From: Lepidodermella squamata
Lineage: Eukaryota; Animalia; Gastrotricha
Length of the DNA stretch: 64,000 nucleotides
Assembly: GCA_047495785.1 (NCBI GenBank)
Contig: JBLDXI010000042.1
Coordinates: 2,604,001 to 2,668,000 of the forward strand
Direction: 5' to 3'
Below, piece by piece: positions 13,899 to 27,229 of this stretch. The stretch's first letter is position 1. Each line of letters begins with the position of its first letter. The translations under genes and the position numbers were made by a program. The notes beneath the pieces are model-generated. The model was not told where the DNA came from. It searched no databases and saw only the letters and a list, made by a program, of their open reading frames with translations.

Positions 13899-16170
13899 TC
13901 ATTCATTCATGAAAAGAAATTTCGAATTTGAATAGAAATCACGCGATGAAGCGAGGCGTTGTTGTTTTGACTCTTTCCGCTTCGAATGATGCCGATGATG
14001 ATGCCGATGCCGCCGTTCCTGAAGCCGCTGACCGATAGCTTCAGATCCTTTCAGTTCAGTCTCAAAAATTTGAACTTCAAGGTTATTAGGAATAGGCGGT
14101 TTCGAGGCATTGTTCGATATCCAGATTTGATTACTAGAATCTTCGAAAATTCCACTTTCATCTCGCGTAGTTTGATTTCGCGTCGCCATTCGTTGAATCG
14201 GACTGCAGTCTAGCAGGACCTCTTCACTGGTTTCTTTTTTCAGAACCAGGCGGTTCGGATTGACTGTTACTTGACCCGGAACGGTCACGCTTCTAGGCAT
14301 CGGTAACAAAATGACAAAATCGCCGAATTCATTAATCGACTGCTGGCCCGAGGTCGAACCCGACATGCCGCAGGTCGAGCTGTTACAATCCCCGAGAAAA
14401 TTAGCCGCCCGGATTGGGCCGGGGGTTGTCAAGTTGGTTTCTGTTGTCTCGGTTCTTAGCAGAGGGGAAGCTTGACTGGGCGCGCGGTAAACCGGTGAAT
14501 CCAAATCGCGGTTACTTGAGCTTTTCTCTTTCAGCCATTTATGAGGAGAAAATGTTAGCGAGCGTTGCCGGACGAGTTTCGCCGTCCGGCGCCTCGCGAA
14601 CCGGCCGCCGTTTTGAAACGCGGCCGGAACAGGGCTGCATAGTCTAAACGGCCGCGTTCGCGTTGAGCTTTCGCTATTACCCGATGAGTCGATGCTTTTC
14701 CCCATCTGGTCGTTATTATTCGTTGGTTTTTTCACCGCAGCTGAGTTGTCCGAAGCGGACTGCGATCGTTTTATCGAAGTATCGATTGTAAGAAAGTTAT
14801 TGTCGTCGTTTCGATGTAATTGGTCGTCGGATTTAATGTGATAGAGGCAGTTGTCGCTGAGTGTTTTCAAGTCGTCGTCAGATGAAGAGAAAAGCAGCTC
14901 AGGGCCGATTGTCGGCGGTGGCCGGTCGACGGGGCGGGGCGGCGGCGGTGGTGGTGGGGGTGGTACGACGAGGAATGACGGAAAGTGAGCCGATTCGTCT
15001 ACTGATTTCGCCGCATCGGGATGTGTTGTAGCTAATCTCGTCCAGTAATTGACTATGGATGAAGCACTGGAGAGGAAACAAACAGTAAACAAATCAATGG
15101 ATGATGGTACTCATGAAAGCAATGCGCAAAAATAACCGCAAGCAAATTACAGAAAAAAGCAACCGATACAATAATTATGCGCGGATTTTACTACAAAATT
15201 AAAATTTCAAGCTTGGTGTAAAAATTTGTAAATAAAACCTGTCGAGCAACGGCCTGAATTTATGGGAATTAAAATTAAAAAAATTAAAAAAAATTTCTAT
15301 TGGAACTCTACTTTCTAGAAAATATCGAAAGCCAAGATCAAAATTCCCAAGGCTAATTCTTCTTCACGCAAACCATGCAGTTGAAAACGCTTTTAATTAA
15401 GTTTTTCGAATCGAGCTTGTGTTCATCGTGCTTAGATAATTTTCGTGCAAAGTGCCCAACAAAACGTATCCTACAAACTTGTCAAACCCTAGCCCGCCAC
15501 CGAATAACTGAGCAGTCTCGGAGTAGCTTGTATTTTGAAAAATTACATCTTGATCTGTCGCAAAACGAGCGTTAACTTACGTTTGATCGTCAGGGTCTTG
15601 AATGGTCATAACAGGTTTAGGCAATATTGGCACTCCAAGGCCGCCAGCGGCTTGCTGGGCGAATTCCAACAACCGGCTGCGGATATTTGGCCGGCGCGCT
15701 TTTTCCAGCGCTCTCAGCCTCGCATCCGGCGGTTTTGACACGTGAGGACATTTCTTCCAGATGAGCGTAACAACTAGCAGATAGCCGATAAAGAAAGCCG
15801 AGCCGAAGAAGGACGACAAAAATAAGCCAACACCGCGGGGTAGCGTTTCACAATCATCGCAATGCAGATCGCCCTCAGCAGTTCCGGTGTGAAAATCGGG
15901 CGTGTGAACGTCTCGTGGTGCCATTGTCAGGCCTTCAAAGAAAATCATACGAATTTTCGTTCCCTCATGTACGTTATCCCGCGGTCGAATCGTTGTAGTC
16001 GAGGTAGTTATTCGAACCCGTTCGTTATTCGGGCGGCCTTCGCCCGACGGATCAGCCTTTTTCGTGTGTGAATGCCGTTTAGTTGTGTGACGGCTACTTG
16101 TTGACGAGCTTCTAGTCACCGTGAACTGCTTCCACGCCTCCTCCTTCGCCACGGGCGCTTTAGTCGTCAT
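13899..16170 (-). CDS. Uncharacterised single-pass membrane protein with Pro/Ser-rich tail; exons 16170-15581 and 15066-13899
   Basis: The 197-aa and 397-aa ORFs join in frame through GTAAGT...CCAG (DQT|ASS); one hydrophobic segment GVGLFL...VVTLIW followed by KK; poly-Pro and His-rich stretches. The 5' end may be incomplete. Confidence 0.65.
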
Positions 16171-17213
16171 CGGCGGCTATTTCCAGCCGCGGGAGTCAAA
16201 TCTATATGTCCCACTTTCCCATATATAAAAAACGGACCTATCACTATTATTACATCTAGATATGTAAGTATAAATGCAAAAACAAATCCGTGAGAAAAAT
16301 TCCTAAGCGTAGGTACAAAATTGACGCCGTAGTCGGACACACTTATTAAATTGAAGTAGAGAGGCGGGTATGAAAAAATTTACGTAATAGCTATATATAC
16401 TACGACGCAATATAAAAATAGAATAAATAGTTGCTTTTATCTGTTTTATATGTGCTATAAGGATCATATTCTTACGCGACTACATCATGTTAGATTATGA
16501 TGCCTTGAGGCCAGCCACATCGCAGCAAGACAGCAAAAAACTATACTACTTAGGATGAATAAATATCGCGATCATCACGCGGGAGCGCGCGCAAAAAAAT
16601 CGCGTAGTTATATTACAGAATGTTGGAGCTGCGACAGAAAATTTTGGCGCCGCTGCTCTCTTCGCCGATATTCCCGGGGTTTTTGATAAAGCGACATAAA
16701 GATGGGCTTATATGAATGTGATCATCACCACAGCTAATGGCTAAATCGCCGTTGCAAAATATAACCGCAGTCAAATGGCTTATAGAATTTCTTAAAATTA
16801 GCTATTATATATTATAAAAAAAATGGAATAAATTTTTGAATAAGGTTAAAATTATTGATCTGTTGTAGAAGACTTTAATTTTCGTATGTCACCCGCAGTC
16901 GCGAAATGATGAGACAGTAAAGGACAAGCTTCCAGTGATTTCGGGTCACGCAAAATGAAACATAATAACGGCTCCCTATAAATCTATTCGATGCACATCG
17001 ATGCCTGATTATTCATGCAATGGCGCCGCCTTAATATAAATCGAAATTATAGTGCCAGCGAAGCAAAGTGCTCATTAGTAGACGTTGGAGGCGAAATTTG
17101 ACAAAAACATTATTTTTTGTTTTATTAGTCAACAGCTTTAACAAGAATTCACAACGGATAATTTGATTATTTTTCGAAAGCCCCTCGAACACCTCTTCAA
17201 AGTTAGAATTTGC

Positions 17214-18555
17214 TCACAGAACGCAAGCATCCTTGCCGTTTGCCTGGCGCATGTCGACGTGGTGGTTGCGGTTATTGTTTTTGCGGGGGTCCATAGGCGA
17301 TTCAATCATAGTGTCGTATTCGGAGACTTGCAGCACTCGCAGGCTGACACCAGCGAGAATGGCTCCAGCCAACGGACCGGCCCAGTAGACCCACTGGCGC
17401 GACCAGCACTTGCCACCGAAGACTACAGCAGGGCCAAGAGTACGGGCCGGGTTCACGCTGCCACCGGTGTAGGGTGCCAGGATGATGATAACAACGGCCA
17501 GGACAGTTGCGATGCCGATCGAGACAACAACGCCAGAATGCTTGTGGCGTTCAGCCGCCGAGACTATGGAGAGGGCGCCGAAGCAAAGGACAAAGGTGCC
17601 CATCATTTCAAGGACCACGCCCTGAAGCGGCGCTGTATAAAAAAATATTATTCACAAATTAATTATTTCACGGATGACTAATTGATGGTGTGGCTGGGTT
17701 ATGATAAGCAGGCGATACGATCGAAAAGGTCATTGATAGGAAAAATTAATAAAAGGAACGTACAAACGCCTTCAGCCAGAGTGGTGCAAGCGAAAAAGTC
17801 ACGGCGCATGGTGGGGAAGCAGCAAATAAGGAGCCCGGCGCCAAGAAGTGATCCGCAAATTTGAGCCAACATGTAAAGCAACGCGCGAACAAGCGTAACT
17901 TGACCAAGCATTAACGAAGCTGAAATGACAATAATTATAGCTCTCTCAATATATTAGAAATAGGTGGAAGAACTTACAGAGAGTGAAAGCAGTGTTGAGG
18001 TGAGCACTGCCGTGGGGGAAACCGAAGCCGAGGCAGAAAATGATGCCGCCAACAACTGCGCCAATTCCAGCCGCTGTCAGAATGACCTTGGTGCTGTACG
18101 GTACAAAATCGTTCGGAATCTTAACCGGCTTATAGGCCCTCTGATGATCCTTCTTAGAATCCAGTTGTTCGAAGCTCAAAACAACTTGGTGGTTCTCAGT
18201 TTTGTTAGTGCCGGTTGCGTTGGGTTTCGTAGCCTCTCCGCTGACTTTCAATCCAGTTGGCTGGCCGTTTTCGCCAAGGTAATATTTCGGCCTTGAGGTA
18301 GCGGGGGATTCTGAGTCATTTGAACTGGTAAGGGCAGCGGGGCTGCCAGGTTCTGGCACTGGGTTCTCAGGCTTGTAGTGAATATAAATGACTCCGATGG
18401 CGAGGAACACCAGAAGAGCCGTGCCTGTAAAAAAAACCCATATATATTCATATGTTTAAAGTAAAATTGTCTCATTTACCTATAAACTCGCTAAGTACAC
18501 CAATCCACAGATTCTTTCGCGTCAAAGATTCGCTAAAGCGAGGCATCGACGACAT
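17214..18555 (-). CDS. Aquaporin (MIP family), 4 exons, first NPA changed to NTA, long loop-A insertion
   Basis: LWIGVLSEFIG, HLNTAFTL, AQICGSLLGA, YTGGSVNPARTLGP, WVYWAGPL. Confidence 0.93.
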
Positions 18556-19867
18556 GGTTAATTGCTCAACAAATCACGCAAAAAAACTGCTAGCGATAAT
18601 CAAAAAAAATTACTGAAATGAACAGCGTGGCGATATGGAGCAGTGATCACCCGTTTTGATAAAGAGCGAATTAAGACGCTGTGCTGCGGTCCTATATGAA
18701 AAAAAAGTCCAAAGGGCGTGGCGCTATGAACGCGCGATGCGATTTTTTGCGCAATAAAACTCGAAATTTATATGAAGAATATGCAGTGGATCGGGTGCCA
18801 ATAAATCACTTTTCTATTTTATTGTTATCGCTGCTGCGCTTTCCTATCCCGAGGCACGTGTGTGCCGATCGCGCGATTTGTGCCAGCAAACACTCGGCCA
18901 TGGTCTTCTCGAAAGATCAGCCTATTGTTTTTTTCGACGGTGGCGATGCAAACAATAACTCGTCGAACACGTGCTATCCAACAAAAAACTGGCTGGTCGA
19001 AAAATCGAGGCCATAGGACCTATATTATAAGCCGGGCGACTTTATAGCCGGACCACATCAATTATCATCAAAATTGAGGATATTTCGTCTCCAACTCTTG
19101 TTTTTAGGAAAATCGCTATTACCAGCTTGACCTTGAGATTGAAAAAAACTGCGATTGTACCAAAGTTTTACTTTTATTAATAATTGATTAATTATTAATG
19201 CTCACGAAAATGAAACCCTCCAAACAAGTTTTTTCTTCACGAATTGTTTGGATGTCAAATAAATTACTGATGATGTTGAATAATTCATCATGGATTCATC
19301 ATAAAAAACACAAAAAAGCGCTTTGCAAGGTAAGGATTGTAAATGTAAATAGGAAAAATATACTAAAGGCAGTTGAGGGCACAATTGACTAGATATATCA
19401 GGTAGATTCATTTTTTTCAAGCACAAAAAGTGACAGAGGAAAGTTGAGCGCATTCAATATTTTTATCGGAAAAAATATTCATGTAAAATACATACTGACA
19501 TGATGACGCGGATAAAACAATCGGCCAATTCATCCAGACCCGTTATAGAAACAAATTCCTCACCATTTTTCGAGATACTCATCGTCATACAATAACGAAA
19601 GATTAAGTGGTCGCCGAAAAACGTGTCTCACTTAACCGGAAATACTGTTTTGTGCGGAGATTTTTTTCTTATATTATATGATGGCGAGATGGTAAAAAGA
19701 GGCGCAACATAAAATGTGAAAACTAGAGGGTTATACCTACAATTTTTTACAAAATTTTTCCGTAAATTTTTCGAATAGCAGTTGATTAGATAAGAAAAAG
19801 CAGCCTTGACTAGGTGTTGTGACAATTTTACAAGTTTTTTAGTTGAGTTTGCCGTTGTTCCGCCAAT

Positions 19868-20812
19868 TTACGCTGTGCTGCTGCCCGGGGCCTGGACCAA
19901 CTTCTCGCTAAGTTCAACCTCACCGCCGGCTTGGCGTTGGCAGGTAGTTGGCAGGGCAGCTTCGTCCTCGTTGAATAGCAGAATGCGAACAACAGCGCCG
20001 GCGAGGAGGCCGCCAGTCAACGGGCCGGCCCAGTAGACCCAGTGGTTAGACCAGCACTTGCCACCGAAGAGGATCGCCGGGCCCAAGCTGCGGGCGGGGT
20101 TCAGGCTAGCACCAGTGTACGGCCCGGTAATGATGACTAGAATCGCGATCAGGGTGGCCACACCGGCGGCAACAACAACAGCGCCGTAGTGGTGGCGTTC
20201 GGACACGGCAACCAGGGCTAGGATGCCGAGAACGAGGACAAAAGTCGCGGTCAATTCGATGCCGAAAGCTTGCAGAGGCTCGACTGAAACGGTAGTGCAC
20301 GCGAAATGGTTGCTACGCATCGTTGTGAAGAAACCGAAAAGCAGCGCGGAGCCGGCAAGACCGCCCAAAATTTGGGCAATAATGAAGAAACCTCCTCGCA
20401 TAATCGTCAATTTATCCAACACCAGACAACCTGTACCAGAAAATTGTAATCAATTTTTTTCTTAAATAATTGGCTGATTTTACCTAGGGTGAATGCAGGG
20501 TTGAAGTGGGCACTTCCATGCGGGAATCCGAAGCCGAGAATCAAAACGAGGAAACCAACAGCGAGACCGAAGCCGGCTCCAGTCATTATGAATTGCGTGC
20601 TATGGGCAACAGCCGGCTTGTCAGGGTGGCTGAAGTTGATGTAAATAATGCCGATACCGAGAACGACGAGGAGCATAGTGCCTAGAAATTTGTATGAAAT
20701 TTTTAAAAATATTTTCAAAACTGGTATTGAAATTTTTACCAAGGAATTCGGATAACACGGCAATCCATAGATTTTTGCGCGTGATAGGCTCGGCAAGTCG
20801 GATGATGGCCAT
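19868..20812 (-). CDS. Aquaporin (MIP family), 3 exons, tandem paralog of the preceding gene
   Basis: LWIAVLSEFLG, HFNPAFTL, YTGASLNPARSLGP, HWVYWAGPL; shares GFGFPHGSAH with its neighbour. Confidence 0.94.
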
Positions 20813-22559
20813 AGTGGACTTGATGCGTGTGCCAAGAAATCAATCGAATATAATGAAATTTGGCCTAAAAATAGCCGAGCGATAGGACGACAATGTTCAA
20901 ATAATTAAATGAGACAAAGGCCGTTCGCGTGTCTGTAATAAGGCGACATGTTTGTTTCCGCTTCGTCGGTTTTCATTAGTGGCTTCGAGGCCGCTAATTG
21001 CAATTATACCGGCTAATACTTTTACTATCGAGTGATTATTAATATCATTAAAAATCTACATGCGCATACCTAAGAGTGCGTAATTTGCCGGTGGATTGTT
21101 AATATATATTGAAAAATTGCGCCTCGAATGGCGATATTATTAATCGTCGACAAAGCTCGTGAGACAAGATATATTAGTCGCGTAATATCCTCTTGATGCC
21201 GCGTTCGAAAACGCGCCGAAGGGCATGCAAGCGTCGCTTATAATGCGCGATCAGCCTGTGACTAGTAGTAGTACCTACTGGGGGGCAGTAATTGCATTTT
21301 CATGCTCCGGCGAACAGTAAAAATTTTTATTGCAAAACGCACGCGCCGCTGCTGGACACAGCCAAATTATTATTAGCATTACAAGGTGCGCGTGTGCATG
21401 AAGGAACGGAAGATAATTATCGGCGCAAGACGGGGATAATTTTTTAATCCGCACACCGGGATGTAATAAAAACTCGGGTAATAATTGTAAGTCATTAAAA
21501 GGCCGACCTGGTTCATGGAATTTGGGCGCGAGAAATGGACAGCGAAGCGCGGGCTGACTACTCAAAGTGGCCTGCGGTTGTAAGCACATGCCGATGCAAC
21601 AACAATAATAACACGTGCATGAGAGCTGGTTGTAAAAATAGACGCAAAAAGGATCCGAAGCCTGTAATAGCAGCAGTCGGTATTAAAGCGTCAACAAAGA
21701 TCAAACGGCTATATTATTATTGCTATTATATAAGTCTGATGCGCGTTGTTCGGATCTGCGGTGGTTCGTAAAAGGCGCGTGCGCGTGAAAATTGTTATAC
21801 GATAAGGTCGGGTCGGTGAAATGCGCGCGCGCTAACGCCCCGGCCGATAAACAAGCGCGCCTGATCGAATAATCGGCTGTTATCGCGCCTGGCCATCAGT
21901 CGAATACAACACAGCATTGATACAAACCGATGTTTATCCCGGGGAATAAGAGCTGCTTAAAAGCCTTTCTATTTATATAATATACCTTCGCGCGATCATT
22001 CCTGTCAAAAGCTATTATTATTATCATTTTCCACGCCCTATTCTATAGCTTTGATTTTCAGCGTTTCACTCACCCTCTTTGCGAGATGGATACAACAAGA
22101 TAGCTACATGAAAAAACAAACGATTAGCAGCTGCCGGTGTAACGCGCACAGATCAACGGTATATAAACAGCGCGCTTTTAGGGCGGGCGTAATAATGATA
22201 ATAACATTACCTCTCCTCGAACCTTTCCACCTTTCTACAACATGCCCTCGATATACAAATGCGGAAAAACACGAAGGATGAAACGTAATCTATCGTGACG
22301 TTAAATTCGGCCGAGACATGCCTCAAATTCGATTAAATGGCGTGCAAAATGAGAGGAGAAAAACAGTTTTTCGATGCCCTGAGCACCCCGGCCACGTGGC
22401 TGACCAGAGGCGCTATTGTTGACGCTGGTTAACGTAGATTGTCTAGGATGAGAGCTCAAACGTTCTTGTTTTTTCAAGTGGCGAAAGTCAATTTTTTCAG
22501 CCGGCGCGACGTAGTAGTAAATACTAAAAAAAATCGAAAATTCCTTTTTTATTATTGAG

Positions 22560-22849
22560 ACGTCCCATTCGTTGAATGGATGGGCCGAAGCCATGGGTCC
22601 CGAATGAGCGCTCTTAGGGTCGCTTGTTGGGGTCTCTTGAGGACAGCTCGGTAGCGATTAGTGCAGTCTCGCTGACACTCCTAATCTACCACTTTTCACT
22701 TTTGTAACACGATGGAGTGGTCGGCCACCGTCGGGGTAGAGCGTCATTGATAAACCACGGTCGACCCGGGTGGGGATCGAACTCGTGCCCATCGATCTTG
22801 ACGCTCAATACACAGCAGACAGCTATCCACTGAACTACTGTGTGCCCCC
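22560..22849 (-). mobile_element. tRNA-derived SINE-like element
   Basis: Minus strand begins GGGGGCACACAGTAGTTCAGTGG (A box) with GAGTTCGATCCC (B box); no clean cloverleaf; GC-rich body in AT-rich context. The 3' boundary is approximate. Confidence 0.55.
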
Positions 22850-24120
22850 TGAACTACTGTTTTTTTTCATTTATCAATAGCCCAGAGATGTTTTTTGGCA
22901 TTAGAAACAGAAAATATTAATCGTTTCATCAAACATTATACACAGAGCAAGAATTAAAACACACCCTGGGGAGTAACATGCGGCAAAAATCCGCACTCAA
23001 CGCGATTTTTTTTCACCGAAATTCCAGCAACAAAATGACCTAAATTTTGCCGAATTGTTTCATGAAATTAAATCAAATCTCATTGAAAAAATGATCAGTG
23101 CGTGTGATTAGTTTTTCGCTGCGCGTGGTGCGTAATGCGATAACACCACCCGGAAAAATACTGCAACTGCATGAAAATTTAATACGCTATCACTTGCGTG
23201 CGAATAAATGCAATTATTATCGATGATTTCACTGTGTGGACCCCTGGTATTCTTGATCGATCGATAAAATCTTGACTGTAAATAGGAATTACTTCGCACT
23301 GAGCATTAGTGCCATCTCAACGAAAAACGCAACCACGACTTTTCAGCTAGTTTTATTTTATTACTTCATCAACGACAAGAACAATATATAGAATCAATAA
23401 GATCAAATAAATAGTGATGCCGATTTTTCAAAGCACAGATTGATGTTTTCATAATATATTATACCGTCGATTTCAATCATAGATCATTTTCTTCAATATT
23501 TGTTTTCGAATAAAAGACTGCAGATGCGAGATATTGGATTAGAATATATCAGATCGTGTTTTTTTCATCAGATGCAGACCAGAAGATTTTCAATCACAAA
23601 ATAGAACGTGGCTTCCGCTATTATAATGGCATTATTTTCAGCTATAATATATATAGTGATATTGCACAAGACACCGATTAAAAAAGACGCCACAGACCAG
23701 GAGAGAAAAAATAACCAATCACAAAATGTAACAAAAGTGACTTAGAATTCTTAGAAAAAAAAGCAAAAAATACTTTATGTTCAATTTTAGAATGGTAATT
23801 TGAACGCAAGATGAAGCAATATTTTCACTTGGAATTATTTTTTTTCAAATGTTTAACAAGATGCAGAGGCTAAAATATTTCGTGGCTAATTATAATAATA
23901 AATGCACAACACAATTTCATGTTTTGTTGGAGCCAAGTGAACAACACAACTTCTATATTTACAGAAGAAAAGCTGCTGTTTTTGTTTCAACATCGATCAT
24001 TACACTCCCCACAGAGGTGAACAATTTTTTGTTATTATACAATTTTGTGAAGGTAATGTAATAATTTATTTTCTCAAAGTATAAAATTTGACAAGATCAA
24101 GGTGGATTTTTTACCCTCTC

Positions 24121-27100
24121 TCAAATCGCGTCGTGCGGTGCTTCATCGTCGACGCTTAGAGCCGTCGGCACTGGAATCACCTTTTTGTTCAGTGGCGAAG
24201 GCGGCTGTTGTTGAGATTGCTGCTGCTGCTGCTGTTTCGAGCCTAGCAACAGCCGACCAGCCCGCCCACCGGTGAAACCCGCCGCTTCGTCTTCGAGATC
24301 TGACTCAGACTCGTAGTCTTCGTAGTCTTCATCGTTTTCAAACGCCTGGTTTTCGCCCGCATTTCGGCACTCGGCGGCCTTACTCGAGTCGTGGATGACC
24401 AGCTCGCCGTCTTCAGCCGCCGATAGCGGGTTGACAACTACGTTGAACCCGCTGTTGTCCCACTCCATGTCGTCCGGGTTTTTCCCGTTCGCGACCAGGC
24501 GTTGCCGCGAAATATCCGAGCCACGACGCCGAGATCGGCCAGACTTCCGACGCCGGCAGGTGATGATGACCAGCGCGACTGCGATGAGGCCAACAGCGAC
24601 GACGATTAGAAGGGCGATGCCGATACCAGCCGCTGAGCCGGTTTCAACAAACGCAGCGATGGACGCCGCTTTACCAGCCACTTCCTCGCCGAACGTTTCC
24701 TTCCTCATCTGCGAATGGCCGATATAGCCATGGCCGTTTCCGTTCAGCGTCAGCTCAACCGCGTAAGTCGCGCTGAGAATTCGCGTGTCGTCATACGCGC
24801 AAGTTAGCGAGAAGCGACGGGAAATGCTCGATGTAGCAGCCAGGCCTGGGGTCAGTTCGACCGTGTATTCGATCTGGCGAAGGAATCGCTGGTAAACCGC
24901 AGCTCGTTTCGCGCCTCGGACCAACAACTGGCCGCTCGGGTCGCTTTCAACCTCCAGACCGTACTTATCCGCAACCTGCATCGGCGCGACAATGTGTTCA
25001 TTCCTCAGAATTGAATCATGCCCACGTCCAGATTCCTGGTCCAGGGTGACTACACATTCGGTTAGGGTGGACAGCTTACGGCGCACGAGGAGTTTTACGA
25101 TATCATCGGTTAGCTGGGCATCTGGCGGCAGACCAGAATGGCCGAAATCGAGCTTGGCCGATAGCGTTAGGTCCGGGAAGAGACGAATGCCCTGTCCGGG
25201 TTTGTTGAACACCGATGAACTGGCTGAGATCGGGTGCAGTCCACCGACGAGCAGGGACGTATCGTAAGGTAACGAAACTGCGACGGCCGTTTCCAACCGA
25301 GGGACGTTAACTTCAACGCCAGAAGCACAGCTAAAAATCACGGAATAATAAAATCCACCTTAAAATATTGAAAAATCGAAACTAACACAGCCTTGATGTC
25401 GACGGTAAGGAGACGATCGCCGTTTTCTGGTAGCAAATGAGTGTTCGAATACTGGGTATCACGAACAACCCTGATAACTTCATCAACACTCGCCCCAGAA
25501 ACGATGAGCTGGCTGTTATCGGCGTTGAAGCTCATCGACATCTGCGACTTGAGATCACGCATGTCGGTGACAGATAGGCGCTCGCGGCAGTCGCTCAGGC
25601 AACGAATAGCCTGTAGGACCTCCTTTTGGCCGATTAGGACGTTAACATCGGCAAGATCCGCGATCAAAAATTCCGAGAGAGCTAAAAAAATATCAGAATT
25701 AATCGCTGTAAATTGATAAAATTAAGGTGGACTTACGCAAGCTTGGGCAGCCTCCAATGCGGATTTGCGGGTCATTTCGAGCCGAAGCATCGTTGACGAA
25801 ATCAGCAACGCCCGGTCCGTTAGCCGGGTTGGTTTCAACGAGGCCGTCGATGTAGAGGGTGACCTCAGGGGCGCCGTTCTTACTCTGGCCCGAAACCTGG
25901 ACGGCATAGTGATGCCACCGGCCGTTGCACAACTGCGGGACATTCCACGTCCAGAAGTAGATCGAACCCCGATTCACGGCAACATCGAGCTGCAACGAAC
26001 AACCACGGACAGCAATGTCAACGTTGGACATTGTGCCGTTTTCGTAGCACAAAATGTGCTGCCGGGTCGGGTAGCGTTCGTTCGGATCGCCGATACGCCG
26101 CATCCAGAAATGAACGGCGAAGTTGCGGCCGAAGCCAATGGGGGTTGCTCGGCTTAACAACAGCGATTTATTCACGGCGATGGGCTGGGTGATGCCGTCG
26201 AACGAAACAACCGCGTCGTTAGGCGGGAATTCAGCCTCCTGGTCGACGTCTTGCACCGGCTTCATCGGCAGTAGAACCGTCGAATCAGCGATTTTACAGT
26301 ACTTCCGCCGCGCAGTTAGCGAAACGTTGTCCAGGGCGCATTGCGGCTGGTCGGTGCTCGCCGAAACGTCCCTTGGCATCAAAGAAATCGTCGCAGTTGC
26401 CGACTCGACTTTCTTACAGGTCGAGGCGGGTGCGCAGAACTGGTATGACATGTTCGGGAAAAGGAGTAAACGGCCTGATAACGCGTGGTAGAAAATCGAA
26501 TCAGGCACTCCGTTGATGCGATCGCTGCAGGGCGGCAGGACGTTGACAACCACCCTGGCTGGCTTCGATGACTTCATGCCACCGCAATCTTCGGCAACAA
26601 CGTCGAATTCGTAACGCTTATTCGCGTTATGGTCGAGCTCGATCGTCGGCCGAACTGTGCCGGATTTGTCGATGGTAAACGGCACATCTCGCAGCGAAAC
26701 GATGTCATAACGGCACACCTCTTTGTATAAAACGGAGGCATCGCCGTCGATGGCATGTAGTGTCAGTAGACTAGCGTCGACTAATTTCCCAGAGTTAACA
26801 TTTGTTTCGTAAAGACTCTGCGGGAATTCAGGCGCGAATTCGTTCACATCTTCAACTTCGATGACAACCGGAATGCGGTGCGAATAATTCGGCACGGCGC
26901 CGCAATCAAACGCGGCAATATCGAATTCATAGCTCTGCTTCTCTTCGAAGTCGATATTATAAGCCGGCGGGACGGTGACAGAAGCCGAGCCGTCCTTGGC
27001 GCCCTTCGTTAGGGTGATTTGGAACGGCACTGGGCCCTGGGTGGCGTAGATTTCGTAGCCACAAATTTCGCCCTCTTTCCCGGTGTCGCCATCAAGGGCG

Positions 27101-27229
27101 TGCAATTTGGGATTCATTTTAACGACACGGGTATTTTCTTTAATAAGCCCGTGGTACTTCGGCACAAGTTGGCCGTCGTGTTGTTTGACAAGTCGCGGCG
27201 CATTGTTGTTATTCGCGGCGAGTGAACCT
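24121..27229 (-). CDS. CLSTN: Calsyntenin (two cadherin repeats, LamG domain, TM helix, acidic tail); signal-peptide exon lies further upstream, candidate ATG at 28297
   Basis: YHGLIKEN, LHALDGD...EICGY, DFEEKQSY, DVNEFAP, LCNGRWHHYAV, TM segment, MEWDNSGFNVVVNP (W-acidic kinesin-light-chain motif) and an acidic stretch. Confidence 0.92.

Noticed and set aside
22765-22849. Functional tRNA gene
   Set aside because: A and B boxes are present but acceptor and anticodon stems do not pair convincingly; a SINE head fits better.
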